A stretch of 64,000 nt of DNA. Origin: an uncultured Nitrososphaerales archaeon. Lineage in GTDB: Archaea > Thermoproteota > Nitrososphaeria > Nitrososphaerales > Nitrososphaeraceae. Numbering within the stretch: position 1 is the first letter of the stretch; each line of letters begins with the position of its first letter. Both the position numbers and the translations under genes were made by a program. Below the pieces are notes generated by a model. That model searched no databases. It saw only the letters and a program-made list of their open reading frames with translations, and was not told the DNA's origin. The stretch is from positions 224,001 through 288,000 of the forward strand of contig CAVPXM010000055.1 of NCBI GenBank assembly GCA_963709405.1, given 5' to 3'. This document shows, one piece after another, positions 35,364 through 47,758 of the stretch.

Positions 35364-36706
35364 TTGAGCGAAACAATTGAAGAAGTAGAACTGGATCAAT
35401 GGAGAAGAACCCATTTATCGTCTGATATTCGATTCTGTTCTGAGAATGATGATGTGATAATAATGGGTTGGATTTCAAGTATTCGCGATCACGGCAATTT
35501 GCATTTTATTATGGTAAGAGACAGAATCGGTGAGACTCAAGTTGTTGCTAAAAAAGGAGAATGTCCAGATTTAGTTTTCAGCCAGATACGGTATTTAAAA
35601 GAACATACATCTTTGGCAATTAAGGGAAGGATAAAGTATCAATCAAAATCTCCAAGTGGAGTGGAGGTAGTACCTCTTGAAATAAGGGTTTTTTCACTCG
35701 TAACAACTGCTGCTCCTTTTATGATCCAAGGAAACAGAAGTTCGATAGGCATCGACACGCGATTAGATCTGAGGGCTGTAGACCTACGCCGTAAAATTCT
35801 ACAGAGTATCTTCCGCATTCGTTATACTTCGTTAAATTCGGTAAGAGAATTTCTCGCAAAAGAAGGATTTTTGGAAGTAAACACCCCTAAAATGATCGCG
35901 ACCGCAACTGAGGGTGGTGCTGCGTCTCTTCCCGATTTTCTACTACGACAGAGAAGCCTTTTTGGCCCAGAGCCCTCAATTGTACAAAGAACAGCTTACA
36001 ATGTCCTTCGAAAACGTATATGAAATTGGTCCAATCTTTAGAGCAGAGCCTTCACGAACAAACCGACACCTTTCAGAGGCGATTTCAATTGATGTTGAGA
36101 TGGCATTTTCAGACTATCATGATGCTATGCAGTTACTTGAAAAAATGATATCTCACATCGTTAATGCAATTAAAACTAAGAATAAAGATGAAATAGAATC
36201 GTCCGACCTTGTGCTACCAGATATTGACGTCCCTTTACCAAAATATTCATATGATGAAATCCTAGAATCTCTAAATGTCAATGATGGTAAGATCAGATGG
36301 GGCGACGACCTTTCGCCCCAAGCACTAAAATCTGTAGCATCAAGATTGGATCTGAACAATTACTATTTCATTACCGACTGGCCTGCATCTATAAAACCAT
36401 TTTATGTCAAGCCGGATTCAAAAAATGAAGCAAAATCCGAATCTTTTGATCTTATGTTTGGACCTCTGGAAGATCTCCTCAGGTAGCACAAGAATAAATA
36501 GGAAGACCGAATTGGTAAATAGAATGCGAAGACAAGGTCTGAATATTCAAAAATTTGACTATCATTTAAAAGCGTTTGACTACGGCGTTCCTCCTCACTC
36601 AGGCTTTGGAGTTGGATTAGAGCGTTTCCTCATGTCTATAACAAAATTGGAGAATATACGTGATGCTTCTCTGTATCCGCGCGACATAGACAGGCTGACA
36701 CCTTAG
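35364..36706 (+). CDS. aspS: Aspartate-tRNA(Asp/Asn) ligase, apparent frameshifts at ~35924 and ~36470
   Basis: [44 protein letters not shown]; immediately upstream of gatCAB. Confidence 0.95.
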
Positions 36707-36733
36707 CAGATTTGGATTATTAATTGATAAGAT

Positions 36734-37006
36734 ATGGTAACTGTTGAACACGTGAGACATCTTGCATGGCTTTCTAGACTAAACCTGACCGATAATGAGC
36801 TAGAAAAATATTATCACGAAATTGAGAAAATAATAGAATATTTGGATAAACTCGATGGTATCTCCCTAACTGAAATCGAACCAAGGTATAATGAAAAAAG
36901 TGTATCAGAATTTAGAAATGATATCGTCTACGATACCCAAACAGAATTATCAAAGCTCACCAAGAACCTAAAGGATGGATATGTGAAGGGTCCTAGGATG
37001 AGATAA
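36734..37006 (+). CDS. gatC: Asp/Glu-tRNA amidotransferase subunit C
   Basis: [10 protein letters not shown]...GYVKGPR; position before gatA. Confidence 0.9.
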   Translation: MVTVEHVRHLAWLSRLNLTDNELEKYYHEIEKIIEYLDKLDGISLTEIEPRYNEKSVSEFRNDIVYDTQTELSKLTKNLKDGYVKGPRMR

Positions 37007-37007
37007 T

Positions 37008-38460
37008 ATGAACAAGTTATGTACTCTATCTGCAGAAGAGATTACCTGCGGGATAAGAAATCAAGATTTTACAATAGAGGATTACATAATTCAACTTCTC
37101 GAACGAATAAAAGACATTGATGATGTAATAAGGTCATATATTACCATAAATGATAAAGATGCCCTCAGGACTGCGCAGAAGTTAGATAGAAAGGTAAAAA
37201 ACCAAGAAAGTCTGGGGCCCCTAGCTGGAATAGCTATTGGAGTCAAGGACAACATATGTACTAAGGGTATCAGGACGACATGTGCATCTAAATTGCTACA
37301 GGACTACAGTCCGCCTTACGACGCTACGGTCATTCATCGGCTGAAGCAATGCGATGCAATTATCATAGGAAAAGTAAACTTGGATGAATTTGCTATGGGT
37401 TCTACGACCGAATTTGGGAGCTGATGGACCTACGTATAATCCTTGGAATAGGGATTGTGTGGTAGGTGGATCTTCAGGAGGTAGTGGAGCTAGCGTTGCA
37501 GCATCAGAGTGCACAGTTTCACTGGGCTCAGATACTGGCGGTTCTATTAGGTGCCCTGCAAGCTTTTGTTCTGTAGTAGGATTTAAACCGACTTATGGTC
37601 TAGTTAGCAGGTTTGGTCTTATTTCTTACGCGAACAGCTTGGAACAGATAGGACCACTCGGCAGAACCGTTTCTGATGTAGTAATGGTTATGAACGCCAT
37701 AGCGGGCTTCGATGAAAATGATAATACGACAGTCTCTGAAAATCGAGCTAGATTTGAACTCGCCTCTCATGTCAAAAGGCCGGTTCGTATAGGACTAATA
37801 AAAGAATTAGTAAATGGAGTGGATCCAGCTATTTCTAAACTTGTGTATTCTTCTGTGGACCAATTGTCTGCAGCAGATTGTATCTGTGAGGAAGTTTCTT
37901 TGAAATCTGTGGATTATGCGCTTGCTTCATATTACACAATTGCGATGGCTGAGGCGAGCAGCAATTTAGCTAGATATGATAACTTAAGATATGGATTTGA
38001 TTCCAATCCTGAAGGTTATGAATGGAACTCCTATTTTTCGAAAATTCGAAATAATTTCGGAGAAGAGGTAAAGAGAAGAATAATGATCGGATCTCATGTC
38101 CTACTCTCAGGCTATTCTGCAAGATATTATCTTAAAGCACAAAAAGTCAGGTCCATTTTAAGGCGGGAAATTAAGGAATTATATAAACATGTCGACGTCT
38201 TGATCTCTCCTACGATGCCTGTACTGCCATTTAAGATCGGAGAAACTATAGATGACCCGATTAAAAGATATCTTATGGACGTAAATACGGTCATTGCGAA
38301 TCTCGCCGGGACCCCTGCAATATCCTTGCCGGCCGGATTTAGTGATGGCCTCCCTATAGGTTTGCAATTGATGACCGATGAAATGCAAGAACAATTGCTC
38401 TTTGATGTTTCAAAGTTGTACGAAGGCATTGCAGGTATTAGCAGGAGGCCTGATATATGA
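37008..38460 (+). CDS. gatA: Asp/Glu-tRNA amidotransferase subunit A, frameshift at ~37417
   Basis: [45 protein letters not shown]. Confidence 0.95.
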
Positions 38461-39900
38461 TGGCTAAACAAGTACGAATAGGTATTGAAATACACTGTCA
38501 ATTAACTGGACTTAACACCAAGCTGTTTTGCAAATGCAAAGGTGACTATCGCAACGATCCTCCAAATAGAAACATTTGTCCGATCTGCTCTGGGCAACCT
38601 GGAAGCCTACCACTCTTAAACAGTAAAGCAGTAGATTATGCATGTATGATAGCATTTGCTTTGAGTTGTATAATCCCTCCTAGAATGGCATTCTATCGTA
38701 AGAACTATTTTTACCCTGATCTTCCTAAAAACTATCAAATTACACAGTATGACTCCGGCGGAGTGGGTAGTCTAGGTTCGAAGGGGAAGCTTGAATATGG
38801 AAAAAATACCGCAAGAGTTCGCAGGATTCAGTTAGAGGAGGATCCCGGTAGGTTAGTATATGAGGGGAATGACATGGACACGAGCTCATATACCCTGATA
38901 GACTATAATCGGGCAGGAACTGCACTTGTGGAGATCGTCACCGAACCCGATTTTAAAAGCGCGGCTGAAGTCAGGGCCTTCTTGAATAAGTTGACGTCGA
39001 TTTTGGAGCATTTAGGAGTCTGCAACACTAAATTGGAGGGATCAGTAAGATGTGATGCGAATATTTCCATATCAGATGGGAAAAGAGTAGAAATCAAGAA
39101 TGTGGGATCGTTCAGAGAAGTTGAGAAAGCATTAAACTTCGAGATTACAAGACAAGAGTCACTTTCGTCACACAATATAGAAATAAAGTCAGAAACGCGA
39201 CATTGGGATAGCGAAAGAAAGGTAACTAAGCAATCAAGAACTAAGGAAGAGGAGCAAGATTACAGATATTTTCTCGAACCAGACATACCGATAGTTCTCC
39301 TATCTGAAAAATATTTGTCATCAATACAACAAAAAATGCCGGAATTGCCAGACAGTAGAAAAAGCCGATTTATTATAGACTTTCACCTTTCTGATCATGT
39401 TTCCCAAGTATTGATTAATAACAAAGAGATGGCAGACTTCTTTGAAGCCGCCACGAAGATATATTCATCTCCCAAGGAAATTGCGAATTGGTTGGTGTCT
39501 GACTTGATGGGTTTCATTGGAAATTCAAAGACTGATGAAGCTATTTCTGGAGGATTCAAAATCGAACCAAAACATATTGCTGATTTAGCAAGACTCGTTG
39601 ATGAGAATGCAATTAGTAGACATACTGCAAAATCGATGTTGAGTCGAATCATGGTAACAGGTGAGATGCCTTCTACGATAGCACACCAGGCAGATTTCTC
39701 AAAGATAGACAATAAGGAGATACTGTTAAGGGCCGTAGAAGCTACATTCGAATCAGAAAAAGCTGCGGTTACTGACGCTAATGTCAACCCCAGTGTGGTT
39801 AACTTTCTGCTTGGAAAAGTTTTAGGACTTACCAAAGGAAGGGCCGATCCACAGCTGAGCTTTGGCCTTAATTAAAAGCAAGCTAACGGATAGAAAGTAG
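38457..39900 (+). CDS. gatB: Asp/Glu-tRNA amidotransferase subunit B, C-terminal frameshift at ~39857
   Basis: IGIEIHCQL, RKNYFYPDLPK, DYNRAG, RCDANIS, DYRYF. Confidence 0.96.
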
Positions 39901-40089
39901 TAGGTTAGCATTATTCGTATTTGGTTTCAGATAACTAACCCTCGTCTACGCAAGCTAGGGACAAATGAATGAAACGTTTACTTAATTCACTCTTAAAGTA
40001 TGTTCTCTGTAACTCATTGAATATTTATTGGTGTCCGGACTTAGGTATCAGACTTTAAATACGGATAATCAATGCCGCAGACAGAAAGT

Positions 40090-40587
40090 CTATTCTGGGT
40101 CATGGGAAGCAAACAATCTCCGTGTCCCTAGATAGTCTGCAGTCACACGCCTATGACAGCTTTTACATACAGTCCTTAGGTTGTCATGGCTGTGCAAGAA
40201 CTCAAGCACGGCTCGAACCCTATTTTCAAACGTATCATAAGTATAGCCATACTTGGTACCCAAAGACCTTGGCACTATATGATCGCATTCCAATCTCCTC
40301 GATCGAACGAATCTTCTATATCTATATTGATATTTATGTTTACATATCTGACACGTGTAGTCGTCGCGCCTAAATATATCAGATCTCACACGATCCCAAT
40401 AAAATTTATGATAGTACCAACTTTTGAATTTCGTGCTGCATTTTTTTGAACAATATTTTCTATAAGGAGGCTTTGGATAGTTTAAACATGATGTATTTCG
40501 GCACAGCATCTTACCATCAAAATCGTATCTATCAAATTCTCCGATGTAGACTATGATCTTAGAATTTTTATTGGCTACGGTAGTCAT
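40090..40587 (-). CDS. HNH endonuclease with N-terminal Zn finger
   Basis: CRNTSC...YCSKKC; WDRVRSDIFRRDDYTCQIC; ECDHIVP; NLRTVCKSCH. Confidence 0.88.
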   Translation of the reverse strand: MTTVANKNSKIIVYIGEFDRYDFDGKMLCRNTSCLNYPKPPYRKYCSKKCSTKFKSWYYHKFYWDRVRSDIFRRDDYTCQICKHKYQYRYRRFVRSRRLECDHIVPRSLGTKYGYTYDTFENRVRAVLEFLHSHDNLRTVCKSCHRRVTADYLGTRRLFASHDPE

Positions 40588-41260
40588 ATAACAGTATTAC
40601 GATAGGTCATGTAATACAAATATAGATACTTACCTCCGAAAATGCTCGTGGCTCCACAGAGATAAGTTAGATTATGACAACTATAATAAAAGATGAGTTC
40701 CTCTTACTAAACGAGGGCGGTTCAACCGTAAATAGTTTAGTGCAAATCAAAAATGTTATTGGTTCCAGGAATTTTAAAAAGGATTTGTGATTAATTGCTA
40801 CTAATATTCCTACGGGCCCACCTTAACCAGTCACCATTTTATTACAGATATTATATTATATGTCATGATCACGATTTCAAGATCCTCAAATCCGCAACTT
40901 GAGTGAATCCAGATCCAAATTATCTTTAGTGACCGCTATCCGTTCCAAAGATTGTCTTATTGATTCGTCATCTATTTAGTGAAGAAATCATCCCCACAGC
41001 ATTCAATCTTTACAACTTTCTCACATGTGTAGTAGATTAATAGAAGATGCAAGATAATATTCCCCGTATTCCCAAAACTACTGAAATATGCCGTCATTTA
41101 TTTAAATTGTTTTATGCATTAATCAACGCCGCTAAAATAGACCTTCCTCACGAGCGACAAACTACGGTTTGAGAAGCTTAGAAGAAATCGTGAAAAAATA
41201 AGGCAATGAGAAGATTTGTCTCGCAGTGGCCTATGGTGCTGAGTTCTATATTGAACGAAA

Positions 41261-41704
41261 TTAGGTTCGATACTTTGATTTGATTTTAGAAGCGGCTTCC
41301 TTCAAGGTTTCGGTTGTATTTGGAGCGGAATCACTTGCTTGCCTAGCAACATCTCTTACAACATCAACGGTTTCCCGAGCGGCATTGGTTGTCTCTTCTA
41401 TTGCACTAGCAGTCCTTACTATAATACCGTTTTCCTTCAATTCCTTGGTAGCAGTATTAACCTCTCTTGTTACCTCTCTCGCAGCTATCGTTGCTTCATG
41501 TACTGCTTGGGTTAATTCATTAATAGCGCCACTCTGACGAAGGATTCGCACTGTATCTCGTATTCTACTAGATGCGTCCTTGATATTTTTAGCAATATTC
41601 TTTATGGATTCAATTGTTCTTTGAGTGTCGGGGTCGATCACTGAATCCTTTGAATCCATGGATGGAGGCTTGTCAGCCGTCTCAATATCTCTAGTTGATG
41701 GCAT
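41261..41704 (-). CDS. All-alpha amphipathic/coiled-coil protein
   Basis: Ala/Thr/Glu-rich heptad pattern; TATA-like TTTTATA upstream. Confidence 0.7.
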   Translation of the reverse strand: MPSTRDIETADKPPSMDSKDSVIDPDTQRTIESIKNIAKNIKDASSRIRDTVRILRQSGAINELTQAVHEATIAAREVTREVNTATKELKENGIIVRTASAIEETTNAARETVDVVRDVARQASDSAPNTTETLKEAASKIKSKYRT

Positions 41705-42659
41705 TGCATATTATATAACATAATAGTATAAAAGCAATAAAAATGTCTTATTGGAAGATTGCGGGAGGTGTGCTCATTAGTTGTTAATTTGCTTGAAATT
41801 ATGCCAAACTTCTTATGATTTACAGGGCTGAGTATACTTGACAGATTTATTTGAGTTCGAAGTAAAAATTATTCAAATCGTGGCGAGCGAGCATATAACA
41901 ACCAGTCTTTTATATCTCACATCTGTTCCAACTATCCAAATTGTAATATCCAAATGGATCTAATCTATAATATTGAATGTGACTATTCATCTGGTCTAGC
42001 ATTCCGTATGGCAACATTGTGTTTAAAGAGATCGGCTGTACTGCTCAAGTATTGCACAAAATAAACAGTAATAACATAAAATCTCGTTTCCATCCATTTT
42101 TTCAGCCTCTGGCATCTCAATTGCCATCAGCGATATATTTGATTGAAGCCGACGGACGGGATAGAGCGCGTGACCTGGCACTAGGACCGAATTCGCCAGT
42201 TCGACGATGTTAGATTAATCTTGAAACTCACGAGACGCAGCTAGGACAACAAAAAGAAATTGTGCATATTGCGGGGGAAGTTTATATAATATCTGGACGT
42301 AAACCTGGTTTCATATGCAGGGGTTCAACAGTGTCTTTTCATGGCTACAACGCCATGATACCGCATAATTTATAGATGCAAATAGGCCGAAATAAAATTC
42401 TCTCGCACTAACATTCTCATCATATCTATTAGTTCATTGCATATTGCTAAATCGCTACTTGAAAACGCGGTTTTGTGACAATCAAAGTAGCAGCTACCCA
42501 AGTATTTGATGTAATCCCCATAGCACTTGTTGATGCTAACGATTTATTATAGCGTTTTTATTTTACCATAGGTTCAACGCATTTGTTCGAACCAAGAGCG
42601 ATTTAAGACCAAAAAGAGCAAGGGCAATCGAGATGTGATATCAAAAATATTTGGATTAA

Positions 42660-43301
42660 CTACGTAGATCGAACATTATTTCTTATGTCATGTACGATCC
42701 TCTTAAGATCGTGAACTTCTTTCAAGATAGAGTCGAATTCATCCCTTGTGGGAAGGTTCAACATTTTAAGATTTCTTTCTACCAATGTATCTTGCATTAG
42801 TTTGACTAACTCGGATTGATTAATGAATAGTCTATTCCAGAGGAGAGCGAATTCTTTAGATTCGAAAAGCCGAGTAAAGCATTCCTCAAATGCATCAATA
42901 ACTACCTTTCTAAATTCTTCAAAATCTTCCTTATTCTTATACTGCCTCTTAGGCGATCTATCGTAGACTAGACTGATAGCATCTAAACTAGCTTTGTTTG
43001 TTTGCATGAGGTATTCGTTGACGTCTCCCTGTAATATGGTGCTTATTTCCGCTATCTTCAGAATATCCTCGAATCCCAAATAGAAACCTTGAGTGAACGC
43101 ATGAAATGGACCAACGGCTGGAGTTTTTAAAATTTCCAACCATCCTTGATATGCCTTTGTTAAAGTTTGGTTTTCAGTCTCAATTTGATTTCTATCTTTG
43201 TCGTTCACTTCGTCAAGATTCATAATAAGGTCCTCTCGTACAACCCCACTTTTATTTTCAACGTCCTCTTGACCATTTAGATCGGACCTGCTAACATTCA
43301 T
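42660..43301 (-). CDS. phaE: Poly(R)-hydroxyalkanoate synthase subunit PhaE
   Basis: RKVVIDAFEECFTRLFESKEF and C-terminal LKMLNLPTRDEFDSILKEVHDLKR signature. Confidence 0.82.
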   Translation of the reverse strand: MNVSRSDLNGQEDVENKSGVVREDLIMNLDEVNDKDRNQIETENQTLTKAYQGWLEILKTPAVGPFHAFTQGFYLGFEDILKIAEISTILQGDVNEYLMQTNKASLDAISLVYDRSPKRQYKNKEDFEEFRKVVIDAFEECFTRLFESKEFALLWNRLFINQSELVKLMQDTLVERNLKMLNLPTRDEFDSILKEVHDLKRIVHDIRNNVRST

Positions 43302-44341
43302 AGCATTCTTGATGGCTTATCTATTAAATGTGTTTCAGTAGGCCGGCTGCTACCTGCTATCGACATTCACAATTCAAGATTATTGGTCCGACTTCGTAAG
43401 ATGATTTATACGCTAAAGCCAGATAATGTTTCAAAGCAGTGCAAGATTGAAAATCGACCATATTGATGATATACCTACAGATAGTATAATGTTGGCGATT
43501 ACACCTGTAAACCCTAAGGAATTATCGTGAGAGTTTTTTAAAAAAATGGAGTCATCTCAAATTTACCTCTTGGTATTCGACGTCGATATTTTCATCTTTA
43601 CCAACGGATAGAAGATGTGATTTTTGGTTCAAAATTGGTTAATGAACAGGCACCAGGATCTGAAGTTAATTAGTCTCAAATTGTAACGCTTAAGGAAATC
43701 AAGCCCCAGAGTAGCCCAGAGGCAGCCAGAGTAACTTAGAGTGACTCTTTTAACCGATCCCTCTTGCAAATTGCACTCAAGTAAAAAATCATTCAACAAA
43801 ATTGTTTCAGAAGAAGCGAGTTGCCATAATACGGATGGAGCATTGCCAATGAATTCATAGGCACCTCAAGAAAATTGAACCAGGATGAATCTATCCCGGC
43901 CAACCCACGTGGTGGTAGATTCTACGCTCAGATTCAAATTGGTGGAGAAATATAACTTATGGCGAAGCCTAAGATAACTACTACATATTTGAAATCAAAG
44001 TGAGGAGAGAAATGGAAAAAATACTGGATTTAGCCAGATAATTGCATGAGATCCACCAAGATAAAGCAGTACTACAAGATAGCTAATGGAATAATGTACG
44101 TTTTTAATCTGACACCACCTCAGTCTATCAAATTCAAAACAGGTTTAGCCAAATTCAGATGGTCAGCCAACAAATGAGTTCTGTGAAATAAGTTGATAGG
44201 AAATTTTTGTAGAGCCGATGCTTCACGGCTTGCGCCCCGCAGCCCACCGACTGATTCATTTTCAATTCACTTATGAAAATTGCTCTTAGATTCGCTCTTA
44301 TACAAAATATATATGTCAGACTGATGGATAAATAGAGGATT

Positions 44342-44566
44342 GTGTCGCCTATTCTCATTGCCATTATTGCAGTAGGTATAAATATACCTCTAATAGTGCT
44401 CCTTATTCAGCTACTTTTACTCAGAACTTGGCATCTGGGAGACCAGCCGTATTCTAATTTACTAATGTTCTTGGGACTCATACCATTATCTTTTGGAATA
44501 GGACTGATGACCGTGGCTTTCGAGGTGCGTAAACAGAATCAAAAGAAAAATAGCAAGTCAGCTTAG
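44342..44566 (+). CDS. Small two-TM membrane protein
   Basis: Two hydrophobic helices and a basic C-terminus. Confidence 0.6.
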   Translation: MSPILIAIIAVGINIPLIVLLIQLLLLRTWHLGDQPYSNLLMFLGLIPLSFGIGLMTVAFEVRKQNQKKNSKSA

Positions 44567-44693
44567 AGCCACGAAGATTTCGCACTTCGCAGTCCTGTTA
44601 GCTGAATTTCGATATCAGATCCCTTGCTCGCTCCCGATATCGTAAATGTTCGGTTTTTGATCGTTGAAAATATGAAATTCTGGATCTTTATAA

Positions 44694-45236
44694 TTATCCG
44701 TAACCTGAATACCTATATCTCAAATTATCCCGCAATTGCAGCGCCAGTTTCTTAGAAATTTGTTTCTGTGCTTCATCAATATCAACAGGGTTATTGCCGG
44801 CAAATACAATTGGGCCGTATACGTAATTTTTCCCACTTACCGGCTTTACAGTCTCGAGAGAACTAAGTATCGAATTAACTGCGGTACTATTTGTAATCAT
44901 ATCATTAACTGAATGGTGGTCCTGAGTTAGCTTGTCCAATAAGTTCATAATAATCGGTGGATCAAACGTTCTATAGCCGAATGGTATAGTCGAATAACCT
45001 ATCCGTTTATCGAATTTTGCAGAATCAACGTCAACTTTGGTTCCAAGCACGGTTGGAAGTGGCTTGTAAATTGAATCAATCTTGAGTTGCCAAACTTCAT
45101 CTCGATTCGACACCGTAGCATCAAAGAACCCATCGTCAAATGATGATTTTGATATTATGAATTTCCAATCCTTAGGGTTCGACGCGTATCTTTCAAAGAG
45201 GTATTTTGCGAGGACTTTATCTTTAAGAATTTCCAT
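44694..45236 (-). CDS. Hypothetical protein
   Basis: 180-aa ORF with protein-like composition (WQLKIDSIYKP, FGYR, GPIVF). Confidence 0.75.
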   Translation of the reverse strand: MEILKDKVLAKYLFERYASNPKDWKFIISKSSFDDGFFDATVSNRDEVWQLKIDSIYKPLPTVLGTKVDVDSAKFDKRIGYSTIPFGYRTFDPPIIMNLLDKLTQDHHSVNDMITNSTAVNSILSSLETVKPVSGKNYVYGPIVFAGNNPVDIDEAQKQISKKLALQLRDNLRYRYSGYG

Positions 45237-46040
45237 GCTACGACAGTCGAATAGAGACAGAATGATAATATGAATTTTTGGAGATGCTCCATAAAGTATT
45301 TCTACGCGGACAGAAAAAAGGGTTTATGAAATATGATGCCTTTGACTAAGGTGGAACTATCATTTTTTGAATGATACGAAACGTTTACCATTTCTAATTA
45401 TCTATATCGAGACATGACTTACCTGCGACTTCAAGAATCCCCACACTGACGATTCTCCAAATCAATATTGCTTTGAAAGATTTAATTGATATCTCTTAAA
45501 ATCAAGATTGCAATGTACTTGCTGACTAGCAAGCACCAAAGAGGTTAACATCAATACTAGTGTAAGACGTATTATTGTGATTCTATGATTTGTACAATTA
45601 GAAGGCCTGATCCACATACACATGGATAAACACGGTAAAAAATTTTCCAATAGCATTCTTTCGAGATCTCCCTTGACGCTAAGATTTCTATTTCAAAATG
45701 TGAAAGAGGAATAATTGGGACACGACCTCTTCAATGTAGCATTAACATAACCCGTATGATCATACAATTGCAAAGGCGGCGGATCTAACAATGAACTGAT
45801 TGTGAGAAAATTTATTAGGTAAATGAACCAAAATCTGGTTCCATGTTATCAACCAAAAACAGGAATAAACCTGAATTCAAACCTGACCGGATTTGGATCT
45901 AATACTAGGTGATTAGCCGATTTATCGTGCACTTTTGGAAGGTAGAATAGAATCTAGTTTTGAGATAATTTGCATACAATTATTTGTTTGTAATGGTTGC
46001 CGTGCCTACACTAACACATTAGAAGTAGATGAAGAGCCGT

Positions 46041-46433
46041 TTACTTCGTTCTAGCCATATGTACTTCGACGTCAGGTTCTACATTAACTACTGTCGGGTC
46101 ACCTCTTATTTCTGCAATAGTGCGATTGGCCGATACTTCGGGGAGAGTCACCGAGAACCCTTTTATCGCATGTTTGTATATTTGAAGCACGTGACCGCCT
46201 TTCTCCTCCACAAATTTTATCATATGTTCAATGTCAGATGCAGTTGCATTCTCTTTCATAGTAACAATGTACTGATTGGATAGCTGCAGACTCTTCTTGC
46301 TCATTATAGTGGAGTTTCCGAAAGACGCTCCTGTATTATTGAGTTGTGATTCGGCAGAAGCAAAGTTCGAATATAGGCTAATGACCGGGTAAGAAATTAT
46401 AATGATAATTATTATAATAGTCGTTCTTTTCAT
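46041..46433 (-). CDS. Secreted peptidase inhibitor I9 (subtilase propeptide-like) protein
   Basis: Signal peptide; NQYIVTMK...YKHAIKGFSVTL...DPTVVNVEPDVEVH. Confidence 0.85.
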   Translation of the reverse strand: MKRTTIIIIIIIISYPVISLYSNFASAESQLNNTGASFGNSTIMSKKSLQLSNQYIVTMKENATASDIEHMIKFVEEKGGHVLQIYKHAIKGFSVTLPEVSANRTIAEIRGDPTVVNVEPDVEVHMARTK

Positions 46434-46849
46434 TAATCTGTTTACATGTTTTGTGTATTATATATCATTTGCCCAGGTAATGAAACTATGTTCAAACTAA
46501 AAGACCTTCACCTAATATTTTTTAGCTTTTTGCCAGGATCGTATTCATAGTTAATAAACTTGAATTAAGGCTTCGAATCAAAATGCACTTGACGGTTCAT
46601 CTTAAATCCAAGGCAAGAGTCCACACAATCTTAACTGCATCAATCAAACCCTCAGATATATCGAGTGTTATCGTCAGCGATGAATTATATACAATTCAGA
46701 GTACATGACTATGGGTATGATAATTGCACTGCCGTTCCCTGATCTAATGCTAGATAACCATCTGGGGGAATCGTTCTAATGTTGAAAATGAGAATAAACG
46801 GCTCACTTTCTCAGCGAAGTAAGGTAATTTCACGTTAGGTGTTGCTGGA

Positions 46850-47422
46850 ATGAACTTTTCGTGGCTCAAAAGGAAAAGGAACAAGAGCAGAGATGACTCT
46901 GACATCATATTTACTCTTTCAGGAGCACGTATTACTCTGGAGACTAGATTAGGGGTCAAGACTACTGGTAGATGTGGGATAAGTTTCAAAAGTACAACTG
47001 GAATGCAGTTTAATGAATTGCAGAACGAGATAAAGAACTTCTTAGATCAGAGCATAACTGAATTTAATATATCTTACGAAACAACGACGGATTCTTTTGG
47101 TTACCTGTGGATAATACTCAACGCTAGAGATATGGAAGATGAGCTAGCAGCCTTAACTGCTGTTCGTGATACAGTTGAAGACTCTGGTTATTTATCCCAG
47201 CTACTTGCTTCTGTGTTTCAGTTTAACGATATAGAAAGGCCAGAGGTTATAGTTTATTTGATCTATAACCACAAGAGAAAAAATTTTTACCCTTTCGTAC
47301 CTAAAGCTACGCAAGAAAGAAACACTGAGTACGAATTAAAAATTATGGCAATATTATCAGAGGAAATACCCATTGAAAGTAATATGTCTTTATGGTATCC
47401 GATGTGGGATATCCCAGTTTGA
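46850..47422 (+). CDS. PspA-associated protein B (PspAB)-like protein
   Basis: FTLSGARITLETRLG...TGRCG, DSFGYLWI, YLIYNHKRKNFYPFVP, IESNMSLWYPMW. Confidence 0.7.
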   Translation: MNFSWLKRKRNKSRDDSDIIFTLSGARITLETRLGVKTTGRCGISFKSTTGMQFNELQNEIKNFLDQSITEFNISYETTTDSFGYLWIILNARDMEDELAALTAVRDTVEDSGYLSQLLASVFQFNDIERPEVIVYLIYNHKRKNFYPFVPKATQERNTEYELKIMAILSEEIPIESNMSLWYPMWDIPV

Positions 47423-47758
47423 ATCTGAACGACAAATTATGGTAATAAACTTGTATCGAATTGTGCAAATGGAAAATTAGCCATGTACTTTTGAATATCT
47501 ATTATCCTCTGTTCGACACAAGAATTAAAGTTTCTATTGAGACTAGACTAAAGCCAGATTCGCATGAGATCAGGTCTTGACACTCATTCAAAATTGCTGA
47601 CGCTGAATCGCTTATTTCTAACGTATTCCAACAACCATATGACTCATTTATCAATCCAATAGGAACGTTACTCCCGGGATGAGACTCGTGACACCACAGT
47701 CATTTCTAGGTGCTTCGAATGGTGAGCAAACCTTAGAGTAACTTAAATCTTGTGAGCA

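Noticed and set aside
42148-42176. Possible tRNA 3'-half relic on the minus strand (AGGTCACGCGCTCTATCCCGTCCGTCGGC)
   Set aside because: It lacks the TTC T-loop and correct stem lengths, and there is no partner tRNA or integrase nearby.
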